A stretch of DNA of 47,482 bases from Patescibacteria group bacterium (GTDB lineage: Bacteria > Patescibacteriota > Patescibacteriia > UBA9629), in the NCBI GenBank assembly GCA_038078695.1, contig JBBTVS010000012.1, positions 1 to 47,482 on the forward strand, read 5' to 3'. Numbering within the stretch: position 1 is the first letter of the stretch; the number at the start of each line of letters is the position of its first letter. Below, in pieces: positions 1-8,146 of this stretch. Under the pieces are notes generated by a model. It saw nothing but the letters and a program-made list of their open reading frames with translations, had not been told where the DNA came from and made no database searches. The translations under genes were made by a program, and so were the position numbers.

Positions 1-149
1 CCCTAAAATAAGCAAAAAATCTGATACAAAAATACCAGATTACAAAAATTTTTCCGTCCGCCAACACCCTTTCAAAACTTAACCAAACAACCCACACCAA
101 CCATACCCCAATCCCAGCCAAGCGGGACAAGAGTTAGATTAGGTTAATT

Positions 150-1115
150 TTAAACATTCCTCTGTCCCAGCAACTTTTTAATATCCTCGCTGGTAAATTC
201 TTTTTTGTAATCAATCAGCTTTGGATGCTTAATGCTTCTTAATTCCTCATCATAAGTCGCCATTATTTTCCTATCCCTCTTCTTGTAGACATCCCAGTTT
301 CGCGTTGAAGAGAATTGTTTAAAAATTTTTATAAATTCCTGCCGACTCAAATGTCTTTCTTCTTCCTTATATTTTTTTTCAAGCTCTCCGGCTAACCCTG
401 TTTCAAAACTGCCTATAATAAACAGAATCTCCTCATACATTGTATTTCTGGTCAAATCTTTTTTAGCTAAATTTAACAGCTTTCTGTATTCTTTCGCCCT
501 TTCTGCGAACAAAAATTTATACAGCATATCAGTGTAAGTTCCATAATGCTTGACTGATACGCATTTTTTTATGCTGTCTGTGAAATCTTTTCTGTAATCC
601 TTTGTTTCTTCTCTTGTTTCCTTAAAATCCTTAGAAAGCTGATTAACAAATTTCGGATTCTCAAAAGCCGCCCGCATCACTTGCTTAAACCGCTCTTCTG
701 TTTTGATGAAATATTTTCTTACTTTCTTGCCTAATTCATTATTTTCAAGCATTGCCACCTCTTTTGCCATATCAATTGTTAAAATATATTCTATGCTTCT
801 TACATCACCGCCGCGTTTTGATTTTTGATCCGCCAAATTTGGCAAATCAAAATTTTCGGCTTGTTTTAGTTGTTTATTTTGATTTCCTAAAATTGTGAAA
901 TCAAAATTTTCGGCTTGTTTTAGCTCTTTGTACGGTATTACTTTAAAAAAATCAGTACCCTCCACAAAATCATATTTTTCTATCCTATCCTTAATCCAAT
1001 CTGCAAACTGCCTCCCTACTTTTAGCCACTTATGCAATTCCCGAGCGTTTACAAACCGCTTTTTCTCATTGTCTATTGATTTTTGAACTACCTTGATATT
1101 TATTATTTCATTCAT
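150..1115 (-). CDS. Phage antirepressor-like protein (AntA/AntB-type domain) with uncharacterised C-terminal half
   Basis: ORF 150..1169. FVNARELHKWLKVGRQFADWIKDRIEKYDFVEGTDF and GGDVRSIEYILTIDMAKEVAMLENNELGKKVRKYFI resemble the AntA/AntB antirepressor domain. Start moved to ATG 1115 (MNEIINIK), 2 nt after the upstream stop. C-terminal ~170 aa not recognised. Confidence 0.55.
   Translation of the reverse strand: MNEIINIKVVQKSIDNEKKRFVNARELHKWLKVGRQFADWIKDRIEKYDFVEGTDFFKVIPYKELKQAENFDFTILGNQNKQLKQAENFDLPNLADQKSKRGGDVRSIEYILTIDMAKEVAMLENNELGKKVRKYFIKTEERFKQVMRAAFENPKFVNQLSKDFKETREETKDYRKDFTDSIKKCVSVKHYGTYTDMLYKFLFAERAKEYRKLLNLAKKDLTRNTMYEEILFIIGSFETGLAGELEKKYKEEERHLSRQEFIKIFKQFSSTRNWDVYKKRDRKIMATYDEELRSIKHPKLIDYKKEFTSEDIKKLLGQRNV
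844..923. repeat. Perfect 26-bp direct repeat (844-869 and 898-923) with a 54-bp period, in frame inside the antirepressor-like CDS
   Basis: aaatcaaaattttcggcttgttttag occurs twice. At protein level this gives ELKQAENFDF...QLKQAENFDL, an 18-codon duplication. Confidence 0.9.
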
Positions 1116-1383
1116 AAGCAGATAATTCAATTCTTCTTCTCTTCTTTCTAATGTCCTCCCAATTTTCATTCCATTTTCCTTGCGTTTTTTTTAAAACATT
1201 CAAATATGAACTCTCGCTATCTGCTTTGCTCACAACTCCGGCAATAGGATAAATGTAAATTCCTTTTCCCCTCATAACTAAATTAAGAAACATACTTGAA
1301 TCAATTGCCAATTCATCCCTATATTCTTTAGGGATAACTATTTGCCCTTTTTGATTTGGCTTAACTATTGTTCCTATTGTCAT
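1108..1383 (-). CDS. AbrB/MazE/SpoVT-family DNA-binding protein (antitoxin-like)
   Basis: N-terminus MTIGTIVKPNQKGQIVIPKEYRDELAIDSSMFLNLVMRGKGIYIYP has the swapped-hairpin AbrB/SpoVT pattern (GQIVIPKE.R..L). 91 aa, immediately upstream of the antirepressor-like gene. Confidence 0.6.
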   Translation of the reverse strand: MTIGTIVKPNQKGQIVIPKEYRDELAIDSSMFLNLVMRGKGIYIYPIAGVVSKADSESSYLNVLKKTQGKWNENWEDIRKKRRRIELSAYE

Positions 1384-1426
1384 ACGAGTATGATTTTATT
1401 ACTTGTCCATAAATTAGCCAACTACT

Positions 1427-2062
1427 TCACCTCAATTCTGCAATCAGCTTCTCCCACACATCAAGCGGCAGGACGCCTTGAATCTTGCGGCCATTGATAA
1501 AAAAAGTCGGCGTGGCGGACACGCCCAATCGCCGTCCATCGTTAAAATCGTCCTCAACTAACTTTTTATATTTCCGATCCTTAACGCATTGATCAAATTG
1601 TTCTTGATCTAAATTTAAAACGCTCAAATCAATCTGTCCGCTAAACTCTTGATCATGATATTCCCAAAATTTATCTTGCTCGTCAGCGCACATGCTGGCT
1701 TCTGCTTTAGTCTGCGAATCTTGGCTAATAATAGGAAAATGCCGAAACTGCAAATAAATGTCATCAGAATGCCGAGATAAAATATCATCTAAAATAAAAA
1801 AATTCTCTCTGCAAAAAGGGCACAAAAAATCAGCAAAAATCGCTATTTGGATTCTTGCCTCTGGATTGCCGCGCGCCGGCGCTGTTTTGGAAAAGCCTAA
1901 AGGCAAAATTTCTTGATTCTCCAATTTCTCGCCTGCTGAAATAAACTCTAATTGCGTAGCTATTTCTGACAAAAAAAGAACGCAAAAAAACAGGCCTGCG
2001 GACGCAAAAACTAATAACGCAATAAACCAAGTTTTAAGATAGAAATGCATGGTAAAATTCAT
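1427..2062 (-). CDS. DsbA-family thiol:disulfide oxidoreductase, N-terminally membrane anchored
   Basis: CPFC active site (FADFLCPFCRENF), a TM helix WFIALLVFASAGLFFCVLFL, and C-terminal GVSATPTFFINGRKI typical of DsbA-like proteins. Start set to ATG 2062, which forms an ATGA overlap with the upstream stop. Confidence 0.75.
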   Translation of the reverse strand: MNFTMHFYLKTWFIALLVFASAGLFFCVLFLSEIATQLEFISAGEKLENQEILPLGFSKTAPARGNPEARIQIAIFADFLCPFCRENFFILDDILSRHSDDIYLQFRHFPIISQDSQTKAEASMCADEQDKFWEYHDQEFSGQIDLSVLNLDQEQFDQCVKDRKYKKLVEDDFNDGRRLGVSATPTFFINGRKIQGVLPLDVWEKLIAELR

Positions 2063-3006
2063 CCCCGATAATACTCTGCCGCGTCTTCCGGCAAAACAGG
2101 GTTGATTACAATGCCGGAACCAATCTCCACTCCTGCCCAAATAGGTCCGCGAGGAGTAATCTTTACATACAAATGCTGATCTTCGTCATTAACTACTTGA
2201 TGAAAATAATAATTATAATCCAAGCCTATGCTGAATAGCTTCTTGACTAATGTTTGAAAAATCCGCGCCCATGCCAATCTCTCTTTCCCATTCAATAAAG
2301 TAATATTGTCTAAATGGCGAAGAGGCATAATCCAAGCTTCGTAATTATGCATGGAAGCATACGGGCAAAAAGCTATCACATAGCTGTCTTTATAAATTAG
2401 CCGCGGCCCGTTCTGTTCTTTGCTTATCACATCGCAGTAAACGCAGGTGCCGCGTTCAAGTTTGTAGCGCTGGACCCGCTGAGATTTATCTACCAAATGC
2501 GGCGGTATAAAATCTGTGGCAAAAATTTGCGAATGGGCATGCTCTAAACTAGCTCCAGCACTGCCGCCCTGATTTTTAAAAATAATAATATATTCTATTT
2601 TGTCGTTTTTGGTAATTTCAATCGTGCGCGCGGCATAAACTTTTAACAAATCAGATATATGCTCTATCGGCAGATCCTCAAACTTTTGATTATGATCCGG
2701 AGTCTCTATCACCACCTCCTGTTGACCGTAAGCCTTGGGGTTATCTAATGCTACCGCAGGGTATTTATTAAAAACGACTTTTATTTTCCATGGCTGATTT
2801 TTATCAGACGGATATACTCCATCTCCCTCTGGAGTTAAACAATAAATGCCAGTCGGATGTTCCGTGTGGTTAGAATCAAAGGGGCATGTTTTTAATTCTT
2901 TGGCATAACCAATCTTTCCGGCATCATGCGGTCGCCGGCTGCGGTGCGGAGCGATAATTACGTATTTTTCTTGAATATAATCCTTGCGGATTTCGGATTT
3001 TGTCAT
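2059..3006 (-). CDS. galT: Galactose-1-phosphate uridylyltransferase-like HIT-family nucleotidyltransferase
   Basis: FNKYPA, NQGGSAGASLEHAHSQIF (H-x-H-x-Q nucleotidyl-histidine motif) and a duplicated half-barrel layout, 315 aa. Confidence 0.65.
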   Translation of the reverse strand: MTKSEIRKDYIQEKYVIIAPHRSRRPHDAGKIGYAKELKTCPFDSNHTEHPTGIYCLTPEGDGVYPSDKNQPWKIKVVFNKYPAVALDNPKAYGQQEVVIETPDHNQKFEDLPIEHISDLLKVYAARTIEITKNDKIEYIIIFKNQGGSAGASLEHAHSQIFATDFIPPHLVDKSQRVQRYKLERGTCVYCDVISKEQNGPRLIYKDSYVIAFCPYASMHNYEAWIMPLRHLDNITLLNGKERLAWARIFQTLVKKLFSIGLDYNYYFHQVVNDEDQHLYVKITPRGPIWAGVEIGSGIVINPVLPEDAAEYYRG

Positions 3007-4073
3007 ACTTTATGTTTTAAAATTTTATAATACGCTCTCTCATAATCTTCCGTCATCTTCTCGGCAGTAAAATATTTCTCTACCCTCTCTCGACATTTAT
3101 GTCGGCGAATTTGATCTATATTTTTAATAGCTTTGACAATATCTTTTTGACTTCCGCAAATAAAACCCGTCTCCTGATCAGCCACAACCTCAGGCACTGA
3201 ACCAAAACCATTGGCAATAACAGGAGTGCCGCAAACCATGGCTTCTATTATTACCAATCCAAACGGCTCGTTCCATTTAATGGCATCAATCAAGCCGCGC
3301 GCATTTTTCAATAGTTTAACTTTCTGTAAATGACTTATCTCGCCAATGTATTTAATTTGATCGCCGTCTATCAATGGCCTGACTTTTTTGTTAAAATACT
3401 CCACATCTGCTGGCACAAATTTATCTATTTTGCCGGCCATAATCAATCTGACTCCCGCCTGTTTAGCAGCTAAGATTGATTCTACAGCGCCTTTATCAGA
3501 TGTAAATCGGCCCATCCAGACAAAATAATCTTTAGGTTTGTCGTTAAAATCAAATTTGCTGATATCAATGCCGTTATAAACATTGCCGACCCAATTGATT
3601 TTAAAAGGGGTATTGCGCGCTTGAGAATGACTAATGGAAATCATTGGAGTATTCTGAAAAAGTTTTTTTAAAAACTCAAACCCTGCTCTCTTTCGGCTAT
3701 GAGTTAAATCGCCGTGATAAGTGGAAACAAAAGGCTTGTCTAACAACTTGGCAAAGGCCGCCCCCCACGCGCCGTAATGATTATGAACAAGATCAAAACC
3801 CCCGCGCTGAATCTTAGCAAAGGCATAAGATGCGTGCAATAAAGAAAAATATTTATCGTCCCACGATATGTCAGAGCGATAACCGGCTTTAGCATGAATA
3901 TACTCAAGTTTGGCCGAAGTTTTAGAATCACCGGTAGCAAAAACTGTAACCAAATGACCATTTTTATGCAAACCTTCAGCTAAATTATATACGACCAATT
4001 CAGTGCCCCCGTATTTAATCGGCGGCACTGCCTCCCACGGCGTAGAGAATAAAGCAATCTTTAACTTTCTCAT
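3003..4073 (-). CDS. Glycosyltransferase family 4 (GT-B fold), paralog A
   Basis: N-terminus KIALFSTPWEAVPPIKYGGTELVVYNLAEGL; C-terminal E-x7-E region NEPFGLVIIEAMVCGTPVIA. About 60-65 percent identical by eye to the next gene. Confidence 0.8.
   Translation of the reverse strand: MRKLKIALFSTPWEAVPPIKYGGTELVVYNLAEGLHKNGHLVTVFATGDSKTSAKLEYIHAKAGYRSDISWDDKYFSLLHASYAFAKIQRGGFDLVHNHYGAWGAAFAKLLDKPFVSTYHGDLTHSRKRAGFEFLKKLFQNTPMISISHSQARNTPFKINWVGNVYNGIDISKFDFNDKPKDYFVWMGRFTSDKGAVESILAAKQAGVRLIMAGKIDKFVPADVEYFNKKVRPLIDGDQIKYIGEISHLQKVKLLKNARGLIDAIKWNEPFGLVIIEAMVCGTPVIANGFGSVPEVVADQETGFICGSQKDIVKAIKNIDQIRRHKCRERVEKYFTAEKMTEDYERAYYKILKHKV
3544..3635. repeat. 92-nt near-identical tract shared with 4613-4704 (1 mismatch)
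   Basis: ttaaaatcaaatttgctgatatcaatgcc[g/a]ttataaacattgccgacccaattgattttaaaaggggtattgcgcgcttgagaatgactaat lies in both GT4 paralogs. Flanking DNA is much more diverged. Confidence 0.9.
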
Positions 4074-4077
4074 AATA

Positions 4078-5145
4078 TTAACTTTTTAAAATTTGACGAT
4101 AAATTTTTTCATATTCAACTGTCATCTTATCCGCGGAAAAATATTTCTCTGCTCGAGCACGGCATTTCCTGCGATCAATCTCGTTGATATTTTGAATAGC
4201 TTTGACAATATCTTTTTGAGTTTTAGCGATAAAACCAGTCTCTCCGTCAATTACTATCTCCGGAACAGATCCGCATTGATTCGCGATAACCGGGGTGCCG
4301 CAAGCAAAAGATTCGGTCATCACCAATCCAAAAGGCTCATTCCAATTAATTGGATTAAGCAAACCAATGGCATTTTTTAACAATTTTACTTTTTTTTGAT
4401 GATTAATTTCACCAATGTATTTAACCAGCCTACTATCAAGTAATGGTTTGATTTCTTGATTAAAATAACTGACCTCTTCCGGATGAAAACTGCTTAATCG
4501 TCCAGCTAAAATTAATTTTACTTTTGCCTGGCGCGCGGCTAAAATAGCTTCTTTAGCGCCTTTAGATGGAGCAAACCTGCCCATCCATGCAAAATAATTT
4601 TTTGGTTTGTCCTTAAAATCAAATTTGCTGATATCAATGCCATTATAAACATTGCCGACCCAATTGATTTTAAAAGGGGTATTGCGCGCTTGAGAATGAC
4701 TAATAGATACAAAGCCAGTTTGCCCTGCCAGTTGGACAAAATATTTAAAATCCTCCGGCCGCAAATCCGCGGCAAAATCTCCGTGATATGTTGTGACAAT
4801 CGGCGTACTTAACAATGATGCAAAAGCCAATCCCCATGCGCCATAATGATTATGGATAATGTCAAACTTTTGTTCTTTCATTTTAGCAAAAAGATAAGAA
4901 CAATGCAAAAGAGCAGGCGCTTTGTCAGGCGGCAAACCCATCTGATAGCCGGATTTTTTACAAATATACTCTAATTTAGCCGACGTATGCGAATCTCCAG
5001 TTGCAAAAACAGTTACATCATGTCCTTTTTTTACCAAACTCTCGGCTAAATTATAAACGATCAGCTCGGTGCCACCGTATTTAGGCGGCGGCACAGCCAC
5101 GCGAGGCGTAGAAAATAAAGCTATTTTAAATTTTTTTCCAATCAT
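4078..5145 (-). CDS. Glycosyltransferase family 4 (GT-B fold), paralog B
   Basis: KIALFSTPRVAVPPPKYGGTELIVYNLAESL and NEPFGLVMTESFACGTPVIA; tandem paralog of 3003..4073. Confidence 0.8.
   Translation of the reverse strand: MIGKKFKIALFSTPRVAVPPPKYGGTELIVYNLAESLVKKGHDVTVFATGDSHTSAKLEYICKKSGYQMGLPPDKAPALLHCSYLFAKMKEQKFDIIHNHYGAWGLAFASLLSTPIVTTYHGDFAADLRPEDFKYFVQLAGQTGFVSISHSQARNTPFKINWVGNVYNGIDISKFDFKDKPKNYFAWMGRFAPSKGAKEAILAARQAKVKLILAGRLSSFHPEEVSYFNQEIKPLLDSRLVKYIGEINHQKKVKLLKNAIGLLNPINWNEPFGLVMTESFACGTPVIANQCGSVPEIVIDGETGFIAKTQKDIVKAIQNINEIDRRKCRARAEKYFSADKMTVEYEKIYRQILKS
4613..4704. repeat. 92-nt near-identical tract shared with 3544-3635
   Basis: See 3544-3635. Encodes SISHSQARNTPFKINWVGNVYNGIDISKFDF in both genes. 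Confidence 0.9.
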
Positions 5146-6344
5146 TTTTTAAACCCATTATAATTATTACTCAAACTTCTCTTATAAATTCTGATAAACT
5201 TGCGTATGATTTTGGACCAGTCAAACTTTTGCAAAACGATTTTTTGAGCGTTTTCGCCCATAGTTTGGCGCAGTTTGCGGTTGCGCAGAAGTCTATTGAC
5301 CTTTTCCACTATATCAGTGCTGTTTCTGGGCTTAACAAAAAAACCGTTAAAGCCATCTTTAACTGATAAAGGAATACCGCCTTTGCGGGTTACAACTACC
5401 GGTGTTTTATAAATCATCGCTTCCAAAATTACTAAACCCAAAGGCTCATCCCAAACGCTGGGAGCGACAAAAACATCTGCCCGCCGGTAAAAATCATGAA
5501 ACTCGCTTCTGCGATCCTTGCCTAAATAACCGACAAAATGCACATTCTTTAGTTTTAAATCTTTGGCCAATTTCTCTAAATTTCCTCTTTCTTCTCCTTC
5601 GCCGATAATAAAAATCTGCGCCCGAATATGTTTAGCCGCGCGAATTAAATACTCGGTTCCCTTTTCCTTCATAAGGCGGCCTGTAAATAAAACTGCCTTC
5701 TTCTTTTCTAAATTATACTTTTGATTGACGATATCGCAGTGCCCGTCCTCTAAAAAATCTTTCAAAAAAATGCCGCCTGGAATAATTCTAGTTTTATGCT
5801 TTTTAATATGCCCGCCAAACATTTTAACTAACCAATCTTTAGTATATTTGCTGTTAGCTAATAAAAAATTAGCTTGCTCCAAAGCATCGGCGGTAAGCGA
5901 ATAATAACGTTTATCTAAAGCCATATTATGCAGATCGCTGCCATGGACAGTTACAACAAAATTAATGTTATAAACAGATTTAATAAAATAAGCCACCCAG
6001 TCAAGGATGGCTATATGATGAACATGTATTAAATCCGGCTTAAAATCTTCCACTGCTTTGATTGTTGTAATTAAAAATGAATTATACCACTCTCTAATCT
6101 CTGCCGCGGTTAATTCGCAATAACGTTTAGAGTCTGCTAAATCAGGATGAGTAACAAATTTAGGGATAAATTGATTATTAATTTTAGGAACGCGATACTG
6201 TCTGGCAAATTCAAATTGCCGAGTCGCCGGACTAACAATAGCGCATTTGTGTCCTTTGTCTTTAAGAGCGCGGCACATATCCCGCAAAAATTTGCCGCTG
6301 CCGTTGCCCCATAAAGGAAAACGATAGAGAAATAAAATCTTCAT
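5142..6344 (-). CDS. Glycosyltransferase family 4/1 (GT-B fold)
   Basis: MKILFLYRFPLWGNGSGKF, FVGYLG and DEPLGLVILEAMIYKTPVVVT (E-x7-E). 4-nt overlaps with both neighbours. Confidence 0.75.
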   Translation of the reverse strand: MKILFLYRFPLWGNGSGKFLRDMCRALKDKGHKCAIVSPATRQFEFARQYRVPKINNQFIPKFVTHPDLADSKRYCELTAAEIREWYNSFLITTIKAVEDFKPDLIHVHHIAILDWVAYFIKSVYNINFVVTVHGSDLHNMALDKRYYSLTADALEQANFLLANSKYTKDWLVKMFGGHIKKHKTRIIPGGIFLKDFLEDGHCDIVNQKYNLEKKKAVLFTGRLMKEKGTEYLIRAAKHIRAQIFIIGEGEERGNLEKLAKDLKLKNVHFVGYLGKDRRSEFHDFYRRADVFVAPSVWDEPLGLVILEAMIYKTPVVVTRKGGIPLSVKDGFNGFFVKPRNSTDIVEKVNRLLRNRKLRQTMGENAQKIVLQKFDWSKIIRKFIRIYKRSLSNNYNGFKK

Positions 6345-6823
6345 ATAAAAATTTTAAGTCTAGTCTGCGCGCAGCAAATTGCAGTTGCCACCGCATCTGC
6401 CGCATCGTCCGGCTTAGGAATTGACGGCAAACGCAAAATATTTTTGACCATTTTCTGTATCTGATGCTTGTCAGCCCGACCATATCCTGTAAGTGCTTGT
6501 TTAATTTCTAAAGGCGTAAATTCGCGCAAAGGAATCTTAAATTGCGCCGCGGTTAGCAAAATCACTCCTCGCGCTTCCCCGATTTTAATTGCCGTCTTAA
6601 CGTTCTTATACATAAAAATCTCCTCCACGGCGATTGTTTGCGGCTGATATTTCTTAATAATCTTTTTAAGCTGCCTGCTCAATTTATGCAATCTCTGGCA
6701 ATGAGGCCAACCGGCTAAAGTTGCTATAATTCCATGAGCAATATGCGTAAACTGATGGTTTTGGACTTTGACGATGCCGTAACCGGTTGTAGCTAATCCT
6801 GGATCGATGCCTAATATTGTCAT
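6341..6823 (-). CDS. ruvC: Crossover junction endodeoxyribonuclease RuvC
   Basis: ILGIDPGLATTGYGIV, AVEEIF and DDAADAVATAICCA. Start moved to ATG 6823 (MTILGIDPG) because the ORF-track extension MSNIKSNPNVI is encoded by the upstream heptamer repeat. Confidence 0.85.
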   Translation of the reverse strand: MTILGIDPGLATTGYGIVKVQNHQFTHIAHGIIATLAGWPHCQRLHKLSRQLKKIIKKYQPQTIAVEEIFMYKNVKTAIKIGEARGVILLTAAQFKIPLREFTPLEIKQALTGYGRADKHQIQKMVKNILRLPSIPKPDDAADAVATAICCAQTRLKIFI

Positions 6824-6825
6824 AA

Positions 6826-6873
6826 TGACATTTGGATTTGATTTGATATTTGACATTTGAGTTTGACATTTTT
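6826..6873. repeat. Heptamer-periodic TTTGACA-type repeat array in the yebC-ruvC spacer
   Basis: tgacatt tggattt gatttga tatttga catttga gtttgac attttt. Confidence 0.8.
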
Positions 6874-6884
6874 ATTCTTAAAAT

Positions 6885-7421
6885 CTAATCCAAATTCGTA
6901 TAAATTTCCTCAACATCTTCATCCTCCTCTAACTGTTCTATCAACTGATTAACTTTCTCTTTACTTAACGCGTCTGCTTCTTGAATACTTTTTGTTTTAA
7001 ATCCATCTATGGTCCGCTCAAAATTCCACACTACTGATCCGTGTCCGCTCATACTGCCTCCATTTTTACCTAAAATATGACGAATATTTGCAGTAGTGCG
7101 ATTGCGATTATCCGTTGCGGCAATAATAATCAATTGAATGCCGCCTGGTCCATAAGCCTCGTAAATAGCTTCTTCAACGGGCCCTTGTCCGGGCAATTCG
7201 CCTGCGCCGCGCTTTATAGCTCTTTCAATAGTATCATTTGGCATATTGGCGACTTTTGCTCTTTCAATTACATCTTTTAACGCTGGGTTGGCCGCCTGAT
7301 CCTTGCCATTGCGCGCCGCAATAGAAATACGTTTGCTTAAAATACTAAAAAGCTTGCCGCGCTTTTTATCGGCCGCTCCTTTTTGATGTTTAATTTGCGT
7401 CCATTTAGAATGACCAGACAT
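6885..7421 (-). CDS. yebC: YebC/PmpR-family protein, short form (178 aa)
   Basis: MSGHSKWTQIKHQKGAADKKRGKLF, YEAYGPGG, DNRNRT and a C-terminal acidic tail EDEDVEEIYTNLD. About 65 aa of the usual middle domain are missing. Confidence 0.8.
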   Translation of the reverse strand: MSGHSKWTQIKHQKGAADKKRGKLFSILSKRISIAARNGKDQAANPALKDVIERAKVANMPNDTIERAIKRGAGELPGQGPVEEAIYEAYGPGGIQLIIIAATDNRNRTTANIRHILGKNGGSMSGHGSVVWNFERTIDGFKTKSIQEADALSKEKVNQLIEQLEEDEDVEEIYTNLD

Positions 7422-7466
7422 GATTCATGATTATCCTATCACAAAATTCATAAAACAACAACCAAA

Positions 7467-8051
7467 TTATATTATCAGCCATAAAATCACGCTCAACACA
7501 AATACCCATGCGCCTATTGCTACGAAAGCTAATCCTCGGCGCTGTTGAGGCATAAAACCAATGGCGTTTTTATATACTAAAAAACCTTTTAATCCTAAAG
7601 TAATGCCTATTAAAAGTCCTGCCGCAAAAATGAAATTTGCAAATTTTTGAGCGGTGGACATATTAAGCCGTTCTTTTACAGACAAAAAATCAGGCAATTT
7701 AAAAATAGTATACTCCGGCGGCTCTACTTGAAAATCAAAATTATCCGATTTTATGTCTTCCAAGCCGTAAGTGTGCATGCAGCGATCTTCTTTGCAAATC
7801 ATCCCGTCAGCGCATATATTTTCTTCTACCCGAGATTCGCATCCTTTTGTTCCTGGCACAGTAATTTTACAAACTTTAAAATTTTCCTTGGCAGAGGGTC
7901 TGCAACCTAAATTAGTGCCGCATTCACGGCTCCTCTCGCATTGCGCGCCCAAAGACAAATTATCAGCGGCTAAAATGACACCGACTGAATGCAGTATAAA
8001 TATGTAAATAATGACAATCAAGCTGATTAAGATATATTTATAAATTTTCAT
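7467..8051 (-). CDS. Hypothetical secreted/membrane protein: signal-anchor, 8-Cys domain, C-terminal double TM hairpin
   Basis: N-terminal hydrophobic segment ILISLIVIIYIFIL. Eight Cys between residues ~38 and 92. Two C-terminal TM helices (FIFAAGLLIGITLGL, AFVAIGAWVFVLSVILWLII) separated by a basic loop. Confidence 0.5.
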   Translation of the reverse strand: MKIYKYILISLIVIIYIFILHSVGVILAADNLSLGAQCERSRECGTNLGCRPSAKENFKVCKITVPGTKGCESRVEENICADGMICKEDRCMHTYGLEDIKSDNFDFQVEPPEYTIFKLPDFLSVKERLNMSTAQKFANFIFAAGLLIGITLGLKGFLVYKNAIGFMPQQRRGLAFVAIGAWVFVLSVILWLII

Positions 8052-8110
8052 AACTTTTAAATATACCAGGAAAAAACAGCTTTGACAAGGAAATTTACAA
8101 TCGCCCTAAA

Positions 8111-8139
8111 TTGACAAATCCCATCTAAACCGCTATCAT
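8111..8139 (+). promoter_or_regulatory. Sigma70-like promoter of the S1-ftsH operon (-35 TTGACA, 17-bp spacer, -10 TATCAT)
   Basis: ttgaca at 8111-8116 and tatcat at 8134-8139. Only 7 nt (atcaaat, no SD) lie before ATG 8147, which predicts a leaderless or near-leaderless mRNA. Confidence 0.45.
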
Positions 8140-8146
8140 ATCAAAT

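Noticed and set aside
1116-1169. Longer N-terminal extensions offered by the ORF track (antirepressor 1169, DsbA-like 2140, ruvC 6856, gdh 27315, trpS 31847, AmmeMemo rSAM 38928, NRAMP 18608, glyA 16095, rSAM 14649)
   Set aside because: The extensions overlap the upstream gene, start with TTG/GTG, or are encoded by repeat elements. Internal ATGs give N-termini that match the family consensus and typical 1-4-nt gene junctions.
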